Sequence record: PP941779.1
Source of the DNA: Salmonella phage vB_Sen_TUMS_E3
Length of the DNA stretch: 32,000 nt
Direction: 5' to 3' (one strand)
Shown: piece by piece, positions 6,204 to 15,402 of the stretch
Layout: the number at the start of each line of letters is the position of its first letter
Numbering within the stretch: position 1 is the first letter of the stretch
Made by a program: the position numbers and the translations under genes
The notes under the pieces: generated by a model
Databases searched by the model: none
Told to the model about the DNA's origin: nothing
The model's input: only the letters and a program-made list of their open reading frames with translations

Positions 6204-6302
6204 AGCTTGCTAAGTACCGGGCGGTAATGAGACTCATTCTCATCTGGGAGGCCACTGGACACACCTCCATGTGTAATCTTATGAAATTTGGCAAAAGTCA
6301 AA

Positions 6303-6548
6303 TTAGCGCATAGAAGGGTCATCAAACCTGTGTTCTGGTCTGAACTCACGGAATCTCTTCCGCGACGCCCGAGATCCATCTGACCACTCCCGCTCAAACT
6401 CCGCACGTTTCTCGTCAAACTTCCGCTCCCTTTCCGCAATCTCCCGCGACACTCCCGCAATATATTTACGATGCTTGTTAATTGCCGCAGTTGTTCCGAA
6501 AACTCCCGCGAGTACCCCGATAATAAAAGCAATTATAATACTAAACAT
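6303..6548 (-). CDS. Small membrane-anchored charged protein, 81 aa
   Basis: N-terminal hydrophobic segment followed by Arg/Glu-rich tail; start overlaps the end of ORF 6541..6735. Confidence 0.7.
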   Translation of the reverse strand: MFSIIIAFIIGVLAGVFGTTAAINKHRKYIAGVSREIAERERKFDEKRAEFEREWSDGSRASRKRFREFRPEHRFDDPSMR

Positions 6549-6735
6549 CTAATTCCCTCTCAATTTGCAGAATACGGGTGCTATCACAACGTTGGAGTAA
6601 TACTAGCTTTTCTAGAGCAACTTGTTGTTGTTTTACCTGGGCTTCTAGAGTTTTTAGGCGAATGTACACAATACGAGAGGCAATAAAGATTATCCAGACT
6701 AATATTACCATTAGTGTAATTGCTACTTCCATCAT
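6541..6735 (-). CDS. Small membrane protein with coiled-coil-like tail, 64 aa
   Basis: One hydrophobic segment plus LKTLEAQVKQQQVALEKLVLLQ; overlaps neighbours on both sides. Confidence 0.7.
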   Translation of the reverse strand: MMEVAITLMVILVWIIFIASRIVYIRLKTLEAQVKQQQVALEKLVLLQRCDSTRILQIERELDV

Positions 6736-6839
6736 TTACGTTTCTCCGATAGTAAGGTTTCGATTCTAGCTAAATGATTATCTAAAATACACTGCCCAAT
6801 AATCACAATCCCCAGTAGTGCAATAATTACCCATTCCAT
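6732..6839 (-). CDS. Tiny membrane protein, 35 aa (MEWVIIALLGIVIIGQCILDNHLARIETLLSEKRK)
   Basis: Below the ORF-track cutoff. Start overlaps the upstream stop (TAATG) and its stop overlaps the downstream start. Confidence 0.6.
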   Translation of the reverse strand: MEWVIIALLGIVIIGQCILDNHLARIETLLSEKRK

Positions 6840-6967
6840 TAAATCCACCCCGCCATAGCTGCTAACCAAAAACCTACGAAAATTAGGAATAATACAAAAC
6901 CAAATCCGTAAATATTAATCCACGCTTCGTACACTTCTCCGCGCCTGTTCTTTCTTTTATTTGACAT
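6839..6967 (-). CDS. Tiny membrane protein, 42 aa (MSNKRKNRRGEVYEAWINIYGFGFVLFLIFVGFWLAAMAGWI)
   Basis: Internal start of track ORF 6839..7030: basic N-terminus then one hydrophobic segment; coupled to the 35-aa ORF. Confidence 0.6.
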   Translation of the reverse strand: MSNKRKNRRGEVYEAWINIYGFGFVLFLIFVGFWLAAMAGWI

Positions 6968-7143
6968 ATCTTTCGTGCCCCGTAAATGTGGTATTTTAAA
7001 ATATTTTATAATTTGTGCATAACCAACCATGCTTGTGACTTCCTAGAAGGACTTCTACTTTTCTTACATAGTGGTTTCTGCCAATATACCATCCAAAAAA
7101 TAAAAAATTTAGTTTACTTGGATGTCTTTTTGTTTTATACTAA

Positions 7144-7410
7144 TTACAAGTAATTAGATTGTTCTAGTTTAAATTTACAATCACCATATTTAAGGTCAAA
7201 CTGACTGAGATCCCACCATCCAAACTTAGTACGGAGCTGTACTACTGGAAAGCGATCTCCCTTAATACGAACTTTTTGAACCTTGAGACCGTAATGTTCT
7301 TCTCCCGCACCACCAAAAGATTTTACAAATCCAGTACAAAATGGTTTGGGAGCAGGTGCACAACCAGATAACATAACTGCGGCAACTAGTGCAATCACAA
7401 ACTTTTTCAT
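7144..7410 (-). CDS. llp: Receptor-blocking / lytic-conversion lipoprotein, Llp-like, 88 aa
   Basis: Signal peptide with lipobox MKKFVIALVAAVMLSGC; divergent from the receptor-binding protein gene as in T5. Confidence 0.75.
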   Translation of the reverse strand: MKKFVIALVAAVMLSGCAPAPKPFCTGFVKSFGGAGEEHYGLKVQKVRIKGDRFPVVQLRTKFGWWDLSQFDLKYGDCKFKLEQSNYL

Positions 7411-7441
7411 ATTTATCTCTCCATTTCTAATTTATGAGTAT

Positions 7442-7470
7442 ATTATAGCAAAATAGAGAGATAAAAGCAA
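7442..7470 (-). promoter_or_regulatory. Candidate sigma70 promoter for llp, TTGCTT-N17-TATAAT (minus strand)
   Basis: Perfect -10, 17-bp spacer, partial -35. Confidence 0.6.
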
Positions 7471-7495
7471 ATACATTTTTATAATAGGAGATTAT

Positions 7496-9253
7496 ATGGG
7501 TTTTTTCGCTGGTAAATATAGCGATGGTAAGACCGTACTATCTTTAAATACTGAATCTGGTGGTGACATTAATCGTCACTATAGTCCAAATGCCAATAGT
7601 ATTTTTCATAGTGATATGCCATTTGTCCTAGTTGATGGTACTTATGAGTCTGGGTTAGGTGATGCCGGTAATGGGTTTTTTGTATGTCAAATGCCAGCTG
7701 ACATAATAAATATTAAATCTAACGATCCTGGTAGAGTTATACTAACTGCTATTGAGATAAATGGTACTCACAGAGCCTTTCTTAATGGTACTCAGAGTAA
7801 GGTAGGTCAAACTATAGTTGCTACTCAGGCAGATCCTTTTAGATCTTTTGCTAGCGTTTCCCAGACTAGTGGGTTCGCTTTTGGTAATAGCCTGGCATCT
7901 GGCACATATAACTATAATCCATCTATAGGGCATGAAGAATCTATCTCTAGAAATGGTACTGGTGGAACCACCCTACATAGTACGTATCATGGTATAGTTA
8001 GGCCAGGTGCAGGGGCTCCAGTAGGGGTTACTGTTGCAGAAGCTTTTGCACAGTTGGGTTTTCCTACTAATAGTAGTACAGTACCTATAGATGGGAATAA
8101 CCAAAATTACTGGGATCCAGGATGGATGTCTCCTTTAGGATCAGCACACAGAGGGCACGATTGGTTCTATGTTTGTAACTCTAACATACGGGGGTATGGT
8201 GGGGTAAGACAAGGTCTTCCTGGTAGTGTAAATACTATGTATCATGATGGGGGTAATAGATTTGTTTGTAGGGGTTCTACAACTAATTTAGCTAATCAAT
8301 CTGGTGATTCTACAATACTACAAGATTGGTATAACATAACTCCTACTAAGGTTATTTGGTACGTTTTGAATTTAAGATACTCAAATGGTGGTATGAGTAT
8401 CTCTGGTAATCCTTTTACTGGTTCAGATATTCTTATATCTCCTTCTAATTTCATAATTAAAGGGGTTAGTCTTCCCAATACTGGATACAAGTTTATTAAC
8501 CAGAACGCTTTCGGTAACTTAGGTTATAGACCAGATATGGAATATATTGGAAATAATGCAGCGTACACTGGGGCCTTTGGGGATACCACCGCAAGGTGTG
8601 AACTTGTAGGTTCTAGTAATGGGAGTTTATGGTCTCCTGTGGACTACGGAGGGGCTAAGTCTCAAATTAGTATTTACAAATTCGGAGCTGGTAAGCAATG
8701 GTATGTAAACTCCAATGATAATACTATCGGTAATGAACACGGGGTTGTTTGGGGACCATCAGCAGTTCCATTACGACTTTTTGGTGGAAATGTAGGTAGT
8801 TCTTATATGGGAGATGATATTACTCCTAGCTACCCGGGAACAGGAGATAGATACGTTGGTTTATCAACTATTGGGCTAGGTATACCGGGTGGCAATGCTA
8901 CAGTAATTCTTACCACTGAAGTTATATCAGGTAACCTTAACTGTGCAGGTGTTCCTGCTAATACATGGAATAACGGTGTGTTTCAAGTGCAAGGAAGAAG
9001 AGCATATAGTTATAGTAATGGAGACGCGATATTCCACCAGATTTTAACATTACCAGTAGGGTATTTAGTACCTTTTCATACTACATCTGCTTTTAGATAC
9101 ACACCTAACAATGCCCTAAGTAGAAATAGTTTTATATACACTGCTAAAAATCTGGGGAACGGAAATGTAGAGTTAGGGGTAGTTATGCACGTAAGTTTAG
9201 GTAGTGCAGTTTTTCTACCTAGATTAAGAGTAACAGTTCAACGCCTTACCTAA
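7496..9253 (+). CDS. Receptor-binding tail-tip protein, T5 pb5 (Oad) / BF23 Hrs-type, 585 aa
   Basis: N-terminal MGFFAGK..IFHSDM, internal [21 protein letters not shown] and C-terminal VTVQRLT resemble recalled T5 pb5 sequence; adjacent divergent lipoprotein; AGGAG SD. Confidence 0.82.
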   Translation: MGFFAGKYSDGKTVLSLNTESGGDINRHYSPNANSIFHSDMPFVLVDGTYESGLGDAGNGFFVCQMPADIINIKSNDPGRVILTAIEINGTHRAFLNGTQSKVGQTIVATQADPFRSFASVSQTSGFAFGNSLASGTYNYNPSIGHEESISRNGTGGTTLHSTYHGIVRPGAGAPVGVTVAEAFAQLGFPTNSSTVPIDGNNQNYWDPGWMSPLGSAHRGHDWFYVCNSNIRGYGGVRQGLPGSVNTMYHDGGNRFVCRGSTTNLANQSGDSTILQDWYNITPTKVIWYVLNLRYSNGGMSISGNPFTGSDILISPSNFIIKGVSLPNTGYKFINQNAFGNLGYRPDMEYIGNNAAYTGAFGDTTARCELVGSSNGSLWSPVDYGGAKSQISIYKFGAGKQWYVNSNDNTIGNEHGVVWGPSAVPLRLFGGNVGSSYMGDDITPSYPGTGDRYVGLSTIGLGIPGGNATVILTTEVISGNLNCAGVPANTWNNGVFQVQGRRAYSYSNGDAIFHQILTLPVGYLVPFHTTSAFRYTPNNALSRNSFIYTAKNLGNGNVELGVVMHVSLGSAVFLPRLRVTVQRLT

Positions 9254-9263
9254 AGGAGGAAAT

Positions 9264-9746
9264 ATGGCAAATGATGTATTAGTACCAGATCTTATGTCCC
9301 CTGAAGGGATGGATGTGATTGAAGCTTATTTACAGTGCGGGAGTGATGTGCCTTCTGCTGCACGTAGTCTTGGAATGTCCGAAATTGCTTTTCGAGATAT
9401 TATGAATCGTAGTGAAGTTAAGAACTACTTAAATGATATTTTTATGGAGAGTGGTTTCCGTAACAGAGATCGTTTATTTGGTGTTTTGGATGAAGTTATT
9501 AAGCGTAAGCTGGAGGAACTGGAAGAAACTGGCATGGGTTCCGACCAAGATATTATGGATATTCTCTGGAAAGCACATAAAATGAAAATGGAAGAAATGA
9601 AAATGATGGTGGAGTTAGAAAAAGCTAAAGCTGTCGTCCGTGCTCCTGCTAATCAGACCAACATCCAGAATAATATTATTGCTGGAGCTGGGGATCAAAA
9701 CTACATGGACTTAATTACTTCCCTAGCTACTGGAGGTAAGAAGTAA
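9264..9746 (+). CDS. Terminase small subunit, 160 aa
   Basis: HTH-like N-terminus ([19 protein letters not shown]), immediately upstream of TerL with overlapping stop/start. Confidence 0.75.
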   Translation: MANDVLVPDLMSPEGMDVIEAYLQCGSDVPSAARSLGMSEIAFRDIMNRSEVKNYLNDIFMESGFRNRDRLFGVLDEVIKRKLEELEETGMGSDQDIMDILWKAHKMKMEEMKMMVELEKAKAVVRAPANQTNIQNNIIAGAGDQNYMDLITSLATGGKK

Positions 9747-11062
9747 TGGAAGTATCAAGACCCTACGTTAACACAGTAGATGTTATTGATTTCGGAATAG
9801 ACAAACGTTTCTTTCGCCTACCTGTTTCGGGAATACTAGCACAAGAAGGTATTACACCTAATGGTCCTCAAATAGCGATTATTAATGCTCTAGAAGACCC
9901 TAGACATCGTTTTGTAACGGCGTGTGTATCACGCCGTGTGGGCAAGTCCTTTATAGCATATACACTTGGGTTCCTAAAATTGCTGGAGCCTAATGTGAAA
10001 GTGTTAGTAGTTGCTCCCAACTACTCACTGGCCAACATCGGATGGTCTCAGATTCGTGGTCTTATTAAGAAGTATGGCCTACAAACCGAACGTGAAAACG
10101 CTAAAGATAAAGAAATAGAGTTGGCTAATGGTTCTCTGTTTAAACTAGCTTCTGCGGCGCAGGCTGACTCCGCAGTTGGACGTTCATATGATTTTATCAT
10201 CTTTGATGAGGCTGCAATTTCCGATGTAGGTGGTGATGCCTTTAGAGTTCAGTTGCGTCCTACTCTAGATAAGCCTAATTCTAAGGCTCTATTTATCTCT
10301 ACTCCTCGTGGAGGTAACTGGTTTAAAGAGTTTTATGCCTATGGATTTGATGATACATTGCCTAACTGGGTATCTATTCATGGTACATATCGTGATAACC
10401 CACGTGCTGATCTGAATGATATCGAAGAAGCACGTCGTACAGTTAGTAAAAACTACTTCCGTCAGGAATATGAGGCTGATTTCTCTGTATTCGAAGGTCA
10501 GATCTTCGATACCTTTAATGCTATCGATCATGTTAAGGACCTTAAAGGTATGCGTCACTTCTTTAAAGATGATGAAGCATTCGAAACATTACTTGGTATT
10601 GACGTTGGTTATCGTGATCCTACAGCAGTTCTTACTATTAAGTACCACTATGATACAGATACCTACTATGTATTAGAAGAGTACCAGCAGGCGGAGAAAA
10701 CTACAGCGCAACATGCTGCGTATATCCAGCACTGTATAGATCGTTATAAAGTTGATCGTGTTTTTGTTGACTCTGCCGCAGCTCAGTTCCGTCAGGACTT
10801 AGCTTATGAACATGAAATTGCATCAGCTCCAGCTAAAAAATCTGTCCTAGATGGATTAGCATGTTTACAAGCACTATTCCAACAGGGTAAGATTATTGTA
10901 GATGCTTCATGTTCCTCATTAATCCATGCATTGCAGAATTACAAGTGGGATTTCCAAGAAGGTGAAGAAAAATTATCACGTGAAAAACCACGTCATGATG
11001 CTAACTCTCACCTCTGTGATGCGCTGCGCTATGGAATTTACTCTATTTCCCGTGGTAAATAA
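9746..11062 (+). CDS. terL: Terminase large subunit (ATPase/nuclease), 438 aa
   Basis: SRRVGKSF Walker A-like, YDFIIFDEAA Walker B, nuclease acidic motifs LLGIDVGYRD and DANSHLCDALRYG. Confidence 0.95.
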   Translation: MEVSRPYVNTVDVIDFGIDKRFFRLPVSGILAQEGITPNGPQIAIINALEDPRHRFVTACVSRRVGKSFIAYTLGFLKLLEPNVKVLVVAPNYSLANIGWSQIRGLIKKYGLQTERENAKDKEIELANGSLFKLASAAQADSAVGRSYDFIIFDEAAISDVGGDAFRVQLRPTLDKPNSKALFISTPRGGNWFKEFYAYGFDDTLPNWVSIHGTYRDNPRADLNDIEEARRTVSKNYFRQEYEADFSVFEGQIFDTFNAIDHVKDLKGMRHFFKDDEAFETLLGIDVGYRDPTAVLTIKYHYDTDTYYVLEEYQQAEKTTAQHAAYIQHCIDRYKVDRVFVDSAAAQFRQDLAYEHEIASAPAKKSVLDGLACLQALFQQGKIIVDASCSSLIHALQNYKWDFQEGEEKLSREKPRHDANSHLCDALRYGIYSISRGK

Positions 11063-11075
11063 ATAAGTATAGGAA

Positions 11076-11099
11076 GGGATACTACTCAGTTGGTATCCC
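11076..11099 (+). other. Hairpin GGGATAC-N10-GTATCCC after terL
   Basis: 7-bp perfect arms; no strong U-tract. Confidence 0.6.
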
Positions 11100-11121
11100 A
11101 TTCCTGCATTTTAAAATCCCC

Positions 11122-11150
11122 TTTACAAATTCGATACGATTATGTATACT
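11122..11150 (+). promoter_or_regulatory. Candidate sigma70 promoter TTTACA-N17-TATACT between terL and the HNH gene
   Basis: 5/6 matches in each hexamer and 17-bp spacer. Confidence 0.65.
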
Positions 11151-11176
11151 ATATTCATACAGTTGAGGAGAACACT

Positions 11177-11614
11177 ATGGCAAGCAATATAAAATATAAA
11201 CGCGATGCTATATCCCTTATGAGAGACGGAATAAAAAGTCAATATAAAAAAGACTCTCAATGTGCTATCTGCGGTTGTGCTGAAGAATTAGAGCTTCATC
11301 ATTACTATACGGTGTCTCTACTAGTTAAAAAATTTGCTAAAGAACTCCAATTGGATTTCACTGACGAAGAAATAGTCCTTTCAAATAGGACGGCATTCTA
11401 TGATCGATATAGGCATGAGCTAGTAGAAGACACTGTTACCCTTTGTGTACACCATCACCAATTATTACATAAGGTTTACACAAAAGAACCTCCTTTATTT
11501 TCTGCTAATAAGCAAAAAGTGTGGGTTCAAAAGCAGAAAGACAAATTACAGAATCCTCAAGAAAAGACACAAGTCAAGACTGAAACAAAATCAGGATTCG
11601 CAAGGTTCTTATAA
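11177..11614 (+). CDS. HNH endonuclease family protein, 145 aa
   Basis: CAICGCAEELELHHYY ... LCVHHHQLLH zinc/HNH pattern. The track start at 11090 lacks an SD; ATG 11177 has GAGGAG upstream. Confidence 0.8.
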   Translation: MASNIKYKRDAISLMRDGIKSQYKKDSQCAICGCAEELELHHYYTVSLLVKKFAKELQLDFTDEEIVLSNRTAFYDRYRHELVEDTVTLCVHHHQLLHKVYTKEPPLFSANKQKVWVQKQKDKLQNPQEKTQVKTETKSGFARFL

Positions 11615-12831
11615 TGGGTTTTAAAAGCTGGATTACTGAAAAGCTAAATCCGGGTCAACGTATTATAAGAGACATGGAACCAGTTAGTCATCGCACTAAC
11701 CGTAAGCCTTTTACCACTGGACAAGCCTACAGTAAAATTGAGATTCTCAATAGAACTGCTAACATGGTTATAGATAGTGCGGCGGAGTGTTCTTATACTG
11801 TCGGAGATAAATATAATATTGTCACGTATGCCAATGGCATCAAGGCAAAGACTCTAGACACTCTCTTAAATGTACGACCTAATCCATTCATGGATATAAG
11901 CACATTCCGTAGACTTGTAGTCACTGACCTACTTTTTGAGGGTTGTGCATACATCTATTGGGATGGCACAGCACTTTATCATGTCCCTGCTGCACTAATG
12001 CAAGTAGAGGCAGATGCCAATAAGTTTATCAAAAAATTTATATTTAATAATCAGATAGACTATCGCGTAGATGAGATTATCTTTATAAAGGATAACAGTT
12101 ACGTGTATGGCACAAATTCTCAAATTTCTGGACAATCTCGTGTTGCTACTGTTATTGATTCTCTTGAGAAGCGTTCTAAGATGCTTAACTTTAAAGAGAA
12201 GTTCCTCGATAACGGAACCGTGATTGGTCTTATTCTTGAGACGGATGAAATCCTGAACAAGAAATTGCGTGAGCGTAAACAAGAAGAATTACAACTAGAT
12301 TATAATCCTAGTACTGGTCAGTCCTCTGTCCTGATTCTAGATGGTGGTATGAAAGCTAAACCGTACTCCCAAATATCCTCTTTTAAAGATCTAGACTTTA
12401 AGGAAGACATTGAAGGATTTAATAAATCTATCTGTCTAGCCTTTGGTGTTCCGCAAGTGTTACTTGATGGTGGTAATAACGCGAACATTCGACCAAATAT
12501 CGAACTGTTCTATTACATGACTATCATTCCTATGCTGAACAAACTGACTAGTTCTCTTACTTTCTTTTTTGGTTATAAGATTACTCCTAATACTAAGGAA
12601 GTAGCTGCATTAACACCAGATAAAGAAGCTGAGGCTAAACATTTAACCTCATTGGTTAATAATGGTATTATGACTGGTAACGAGGCTCGTTTAGAGCTGA
12701 ACCTTGAACCTTTAGATGATGAGCAGATGGATAAGATTCGTATTCCTGCTAACGTTGCTGGTTCTGCAACAGGTGTATCTGGTCAAGAAGGTGGCAGACC
12801 TCAAGGTTCCACCGAGGGAGATAAAGAATGA
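11614..12831 (+). CDS. Portal protein (T5 pb7-like), 405 aa
   Basis: HK97-type portal-like sequence and position; TAATG overlap with the upstream gene. Confidence 0.88.
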   Translation: MGFKSWITEKLNPGQRIIRDMEPVSHRTNRKPFTTGQAYSKIEILNRTANMVIDSAAECSYTVGDKYNIVTYANGIKAKTLDTLLNVRPNPFMDISTFRRLVVTDLLFEGCAYIYWDGTALYHVPAALMQVEADANKFIKKFIFNNQIDYRVDEIIFIKDNSYVYGTNSQISGQSRVATVIDSLEKRSKMLNFKEKFLDNGTVIGLILETDEILNKKLRERKQEELQLDYNPSTGQSSVLILDGGMKAKPYSQISSFKDLDFKEDIEGFNKSICLAFGVPQVLLDGGNNANIRPNIELFYYMTIIPMLNKLTSSLTFFFGYKITPNTKEVAALTPDKEAEAKHLTSLVNNGIMTGNEARLELNLEPLDDEQMDKIRIPANVAGSATGVSGQEGGRPQGSTEGDKE

Positions 12832-13313
12832 TTGATTATAATGGTCTAAAGACCATTTTTGGTGAAAAACTACCAGAATCTCATATCTTCTTTGCTACGG
12901 TTGCTGCGCATAAATATGTTCCTAGCTATGCTTTTCTGCGTAGAGAATTAGGACTTTCATCTGCGCATACTAACCGTAAAGTATGGAAGAAATTTGTAGA
13001 GGCATATGGTAAAGCAGTTCCTCCTGCCCCACCATTAACTCTTTCTAAAGATTTAACTGCTAGCATGTCCGTTGAAGAGGGAGCAGCGTTAACCCTTTCT
13101 GTTACTGCAACCGGCGGCACGGGTCCTTATACTTACGCATGGATTAAAGATGGTTCTCCTATTCCAGATGCTTCAGGAGCTACCTATACTAAGCCTGCAG
13201 CAGCAGCTGAGGATGCCGGCTCTTATAAAGTAACTGTAACAGATAGTAAGCAAGTAAGTAAGGATTCTACTGTATGTGCTGTAACAGTTAATCCTACTGT
13301 TCCTGGAGGCTAA
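12828..13313 (+). CDS. Head decoration protein with C-terminal Ig-like domain (T5 pb10-like), 161 aa
   Basis: N-terminus MIDYNGLKTIFGEKLPESHIFFATVAAHKYVPSYAFLRRELG is near-identical to recalled pb10; Ig-like PYTYAWIKDGS..DAGSYKVTVTD. Confidence 0.88.
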   Translation: MIDYNGLKTIFGEKLPESHIFFATVAAHKYVPSYAFLRRELGLSSAHTNRKVWKKFVEAYGKAVPPAPPLTLSKDLTASMSVEEGAALTLSVTATGGTGPYTYAWIKDGSPIPDASGATYTKPAAAAEDAGSYKVTVTDSKQVSKDSTVCAVTVNPTVPGG

Positions 13314-13316
13314 TAA

Positions 13317-13949
13317 ATGACACAAGCTGCTATTGACTATAACAAGTTAAAATCAGCACCGGTTCATTTAGATGCTTATATTAAATCTATTGATAGCGAA
13401 TCCAAAGAGGGTGTTGTAAAAATCCGTGGATTCGCTAATACAATTAGTAAAGATCGCGCTGGTGATGTAATTCCTGCCTCTGCATGGAAAACATCTAATG
13501 CACTTGCTAACTACATGAAAAACCCGATTATTCTTTTCGGACACGACCATCGTCGTCCAATCGGCAAGTGTATTGATCTTAATCCTACTGAAATGGGTCT
13601 CGAAATCGAATGCGAGATCTATGAAAGTTCTGATCCGGCTATCTTTTCACTAATTAAAAACGGTGTACTGAAAACTTTTAGTATCGGATTCCGCTGCCTA
13701 GATGCAGAGTGGGATGAAGCTACTGATATATTTATTATTAAAGATTTAGAACTATACGAAGTTTCGGTAGTTTCTGTACCTTGTAATCAAGACTCAACTT
13801 TCAATCTCGCTAAGAGTATGAATGGTCATGATTACACTGAATGGCGCAAATCTTTTACTGCAATAAGTTCTAAAGCTGTCCCAGCTCAAGAACGTAATCT
13901 TTCTGAACTAGAAAAACTTGCGATAGCTTTAGGCTACGTTAAAGAATAA
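13317..13949 (+). CDS. Prohead maturation protease, HK97 family, 210 aa
   Basis: GHDHRRPIGK and KTFSIGFR catalytic-region motifs; directly upstream of major capsid. Confidence 0.9.
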   Translation: MTQAAIDYNKLKSAPVHLDAYIKSIDSESKEGVVKIRGFANTISKDRAGDVIPASAWKTSNALANYMKNPIILFGHDHRRPIGKCIDLNPTEMGLEIECEIYESSDPAIFSLIKNGVLKTFSIGFRCLDAEWDEATDIFIIKDLELYEVSVVSVPCNQDSTFNLAKSMNGHDYTEWRKSFTAISSKAVPAQERNLSELEKLAIALGYVKE

Positions 13950-13966
13950 CGGAGAATTATTTAAAA

Positions 13967-15343
13967 ATGACTATTGATATTAATAAGCTGAAAGAAGAAC
14001 TTGGTCTGGGTGATCTGGCTAAATCTCTGGAAGGTCTGACCGCTGCTCAGAAAGCTGCTGAAGCTGAACGTATGCGTAAAGAGCAGGAAGAAAAAGAACT
14101 GGCTCGTATGAATGATCTGGTTTCTAAAGCAGTTGGCGAAGATCGTCAGAAGCTAGAAGAAGCTCTGGAACTGGTTAAATCCCTGGATGAGAAATCTAAG
14201 AAGAGCGCAGAACTGTTTGCACAAACTGTAGAAAAACAGCAGGAAACTATTGTTGGTCTTCAGGATGAAATTAAATCTCTGCTAGCAGCTCGTGAAGGTC
14301 GTTCCTTCGTCGGTGATAGCGTAGCTAAAGCACTGTATGGTACTCAGGAAGCTTTTGAAGATGAAGTTGAAAAACTAGTTCTGCTATCCTATGTAATGGA
14401 AAAAGGCGTATTCGAAACTGAACATGGTCAGAATCACCTTAAAGCTGTAAACACCTCTTCTTCAGTTCAGGTTTCTAGTGAAAACTATGAAACTATTTTC
14501 TCCCAGCGTATCATTCGTGATCTGCAGAAAGAGCTGGTAGTTGGTGCACTGTTCGAAGAATTGCCGATGTCTAGTAAGATTCTTACTATGCTAGTTGAAC
14601 CAGATGCTGGTAAAGCTACTTGGGTTGCTGCTTCTACTTATGGTACTGATGCAACTACTGGTGAAGAAGTTAAAGGTGCTCTGACTGAAATTCATTTCAG
14701 TACTTACAAATTAGCTGCTAAGTCTTTCATTACTGACGAAACTGAAGAAGATGCAATCTTCTCCCTGCTGCCGCTGCTTCGTAAGCGTCTGATTGAAGCA
14801 CATGCTGTTTCTATCGAAGAAGCTTTCATGACTGGTGATGGTTCTGGTAAGCCGAAAGGTCTGCTGACCCTTGCTAGCGAAGATAGTGCTAAGGTTGTTA
14901 CCGAGGCTAAAGCTGATGGTTCTGTATTAGTAACTGCTAAAACTATTTCTAAACTGCGTCGTAAACTGGGCCGTCATGGTCTGAAACTTAGCAAACTAGT
15001 ACTGATCGTATCTATGGATGCTTATTACGATCTGCTGGAAGATGAAGAATGGCAGGATGTTGCACAGGTTGGTAACGATGCTGTTAAACTGCAAGGTCAG
15101 GTTGGTCGTATTTATGGTCTGCCGGTTGTAGTTTCTGAATACTTCCCTGCTAAAGCTGCTTCCGCAGAATTCGCAGTTATTGTTTATAAAGATAACTTTG
15201 TAATGCCGCGTCAGCGTGCTGTTACTGTTGAACGTGAGCGCCAAGCTGGTAAGCAGCGTGATGCGTACTACGTTACCCAGCGTGTTAACCTGCAACGTTA
15301 CTTTAATAACGGCGTCGTATCCGGTACTTACGCTGCATCTTAA
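13967..15343 (+). CDS. Major capsid protein precursor (T5 pb8-like, HK97 fold, N-terminal delta/scaffold domain), 458 aa
   Basis: 458 aa, Glu/Lys coiled-coil N-terminus, phage_capsid-like C-terminal part. Confidence 0.95.
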   Translation: MTIDINKLKEELGLGDLAKSLEGLTAAQKAAEAERMRKEQEEKELARMNDLVSKAVGEDRQKLEEALELVKSLDEKSKKSAELFAQTVEKQQETIVGLQDEIKSLLAAREGRSFVGDSVAKALYGTQEAFEDEVEKLVLLSYVMEKGVFETEHGQNHLKAVNTSSSVQVSSENYETIFSQRIIRDLQKELVVGALFEELPMSSKILTMLVEPDAGKATWVAASTYGTDATTGEEVKGALTEIHFSTYKLAAKSFITDETEEDAIFSLLPLLRKRLIEAHAVSIEEAFMTGDGSGKPKGLLTLASEDSAKVVTEAKADGSVLVTAKTISKLRRKLGRHGLKLSKLVLIVSMDAYYDLLEDEEWQDVAQVGNDAVKLQGQVGRIYGLPVVVSEYFPAKAASAEFAVIVYKDNFVMPRQRAVTVERERQAGKQRDAYYVTQRVNLQRYFNNGVVSGTYAAS

Positions 15344-15362
15344 TACAGGCTTTTCAGCCGAT

Positions 15363-15388
15363 AAGGAGAGCTTCGGCTCTCCTTTTTT
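15363..15388 (+). terminator. Rho-independent terminator after major capsid gene
   Basis: AAGGAGAGC-ttcg-GCTCTCCTTTTTT, UUCG tetraloop and U-tract. Confidence 0.95.
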
Positions 15389-15402
15389 ATTGGGAAAAAT
15401 AA

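Noticed and set aside
6170-6532. Minus-strand ORF 120 aa
   Set aside because: Overlaps almost all of the 81-aa membrane ORF in another frame and runs through the palindromic region; the 81-aa frame has better coupling and a membrane-protein signature. Not fully excluded.
6471-6769. Plus-strand ORFs 6471..6686 and 6578..6769
   Set aside because: Antisense to the coupled minus-strand micro-ORFs with no SD.
7090-7157. CATCCAA/TTGGATG and CTAATTAC-aa-GTAATTAG as an llp terminator
   Set aside because: AT-rich stems, no clean U-tract on the minus strand, and the second IR overlaps the llp stop codon; too weak to call.
7144-7410. Spanin (Rz1-like) lipoprotein
   Set aside because: Has a lipobox but lacks a neighbouring embedded Rz gene and lies divergently beside the receptor-binding protein, which fits a receptor-blocking lipoprotein better.
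10289-10676. ORFs 10289..10558 (-) and 10416..10676 (+)
   Set aside because: Shadow frames inside terL.
12926-13120. Minus-strand ORF 64 aa
   Set aside because: Antisense to the well-supported decoration protein.
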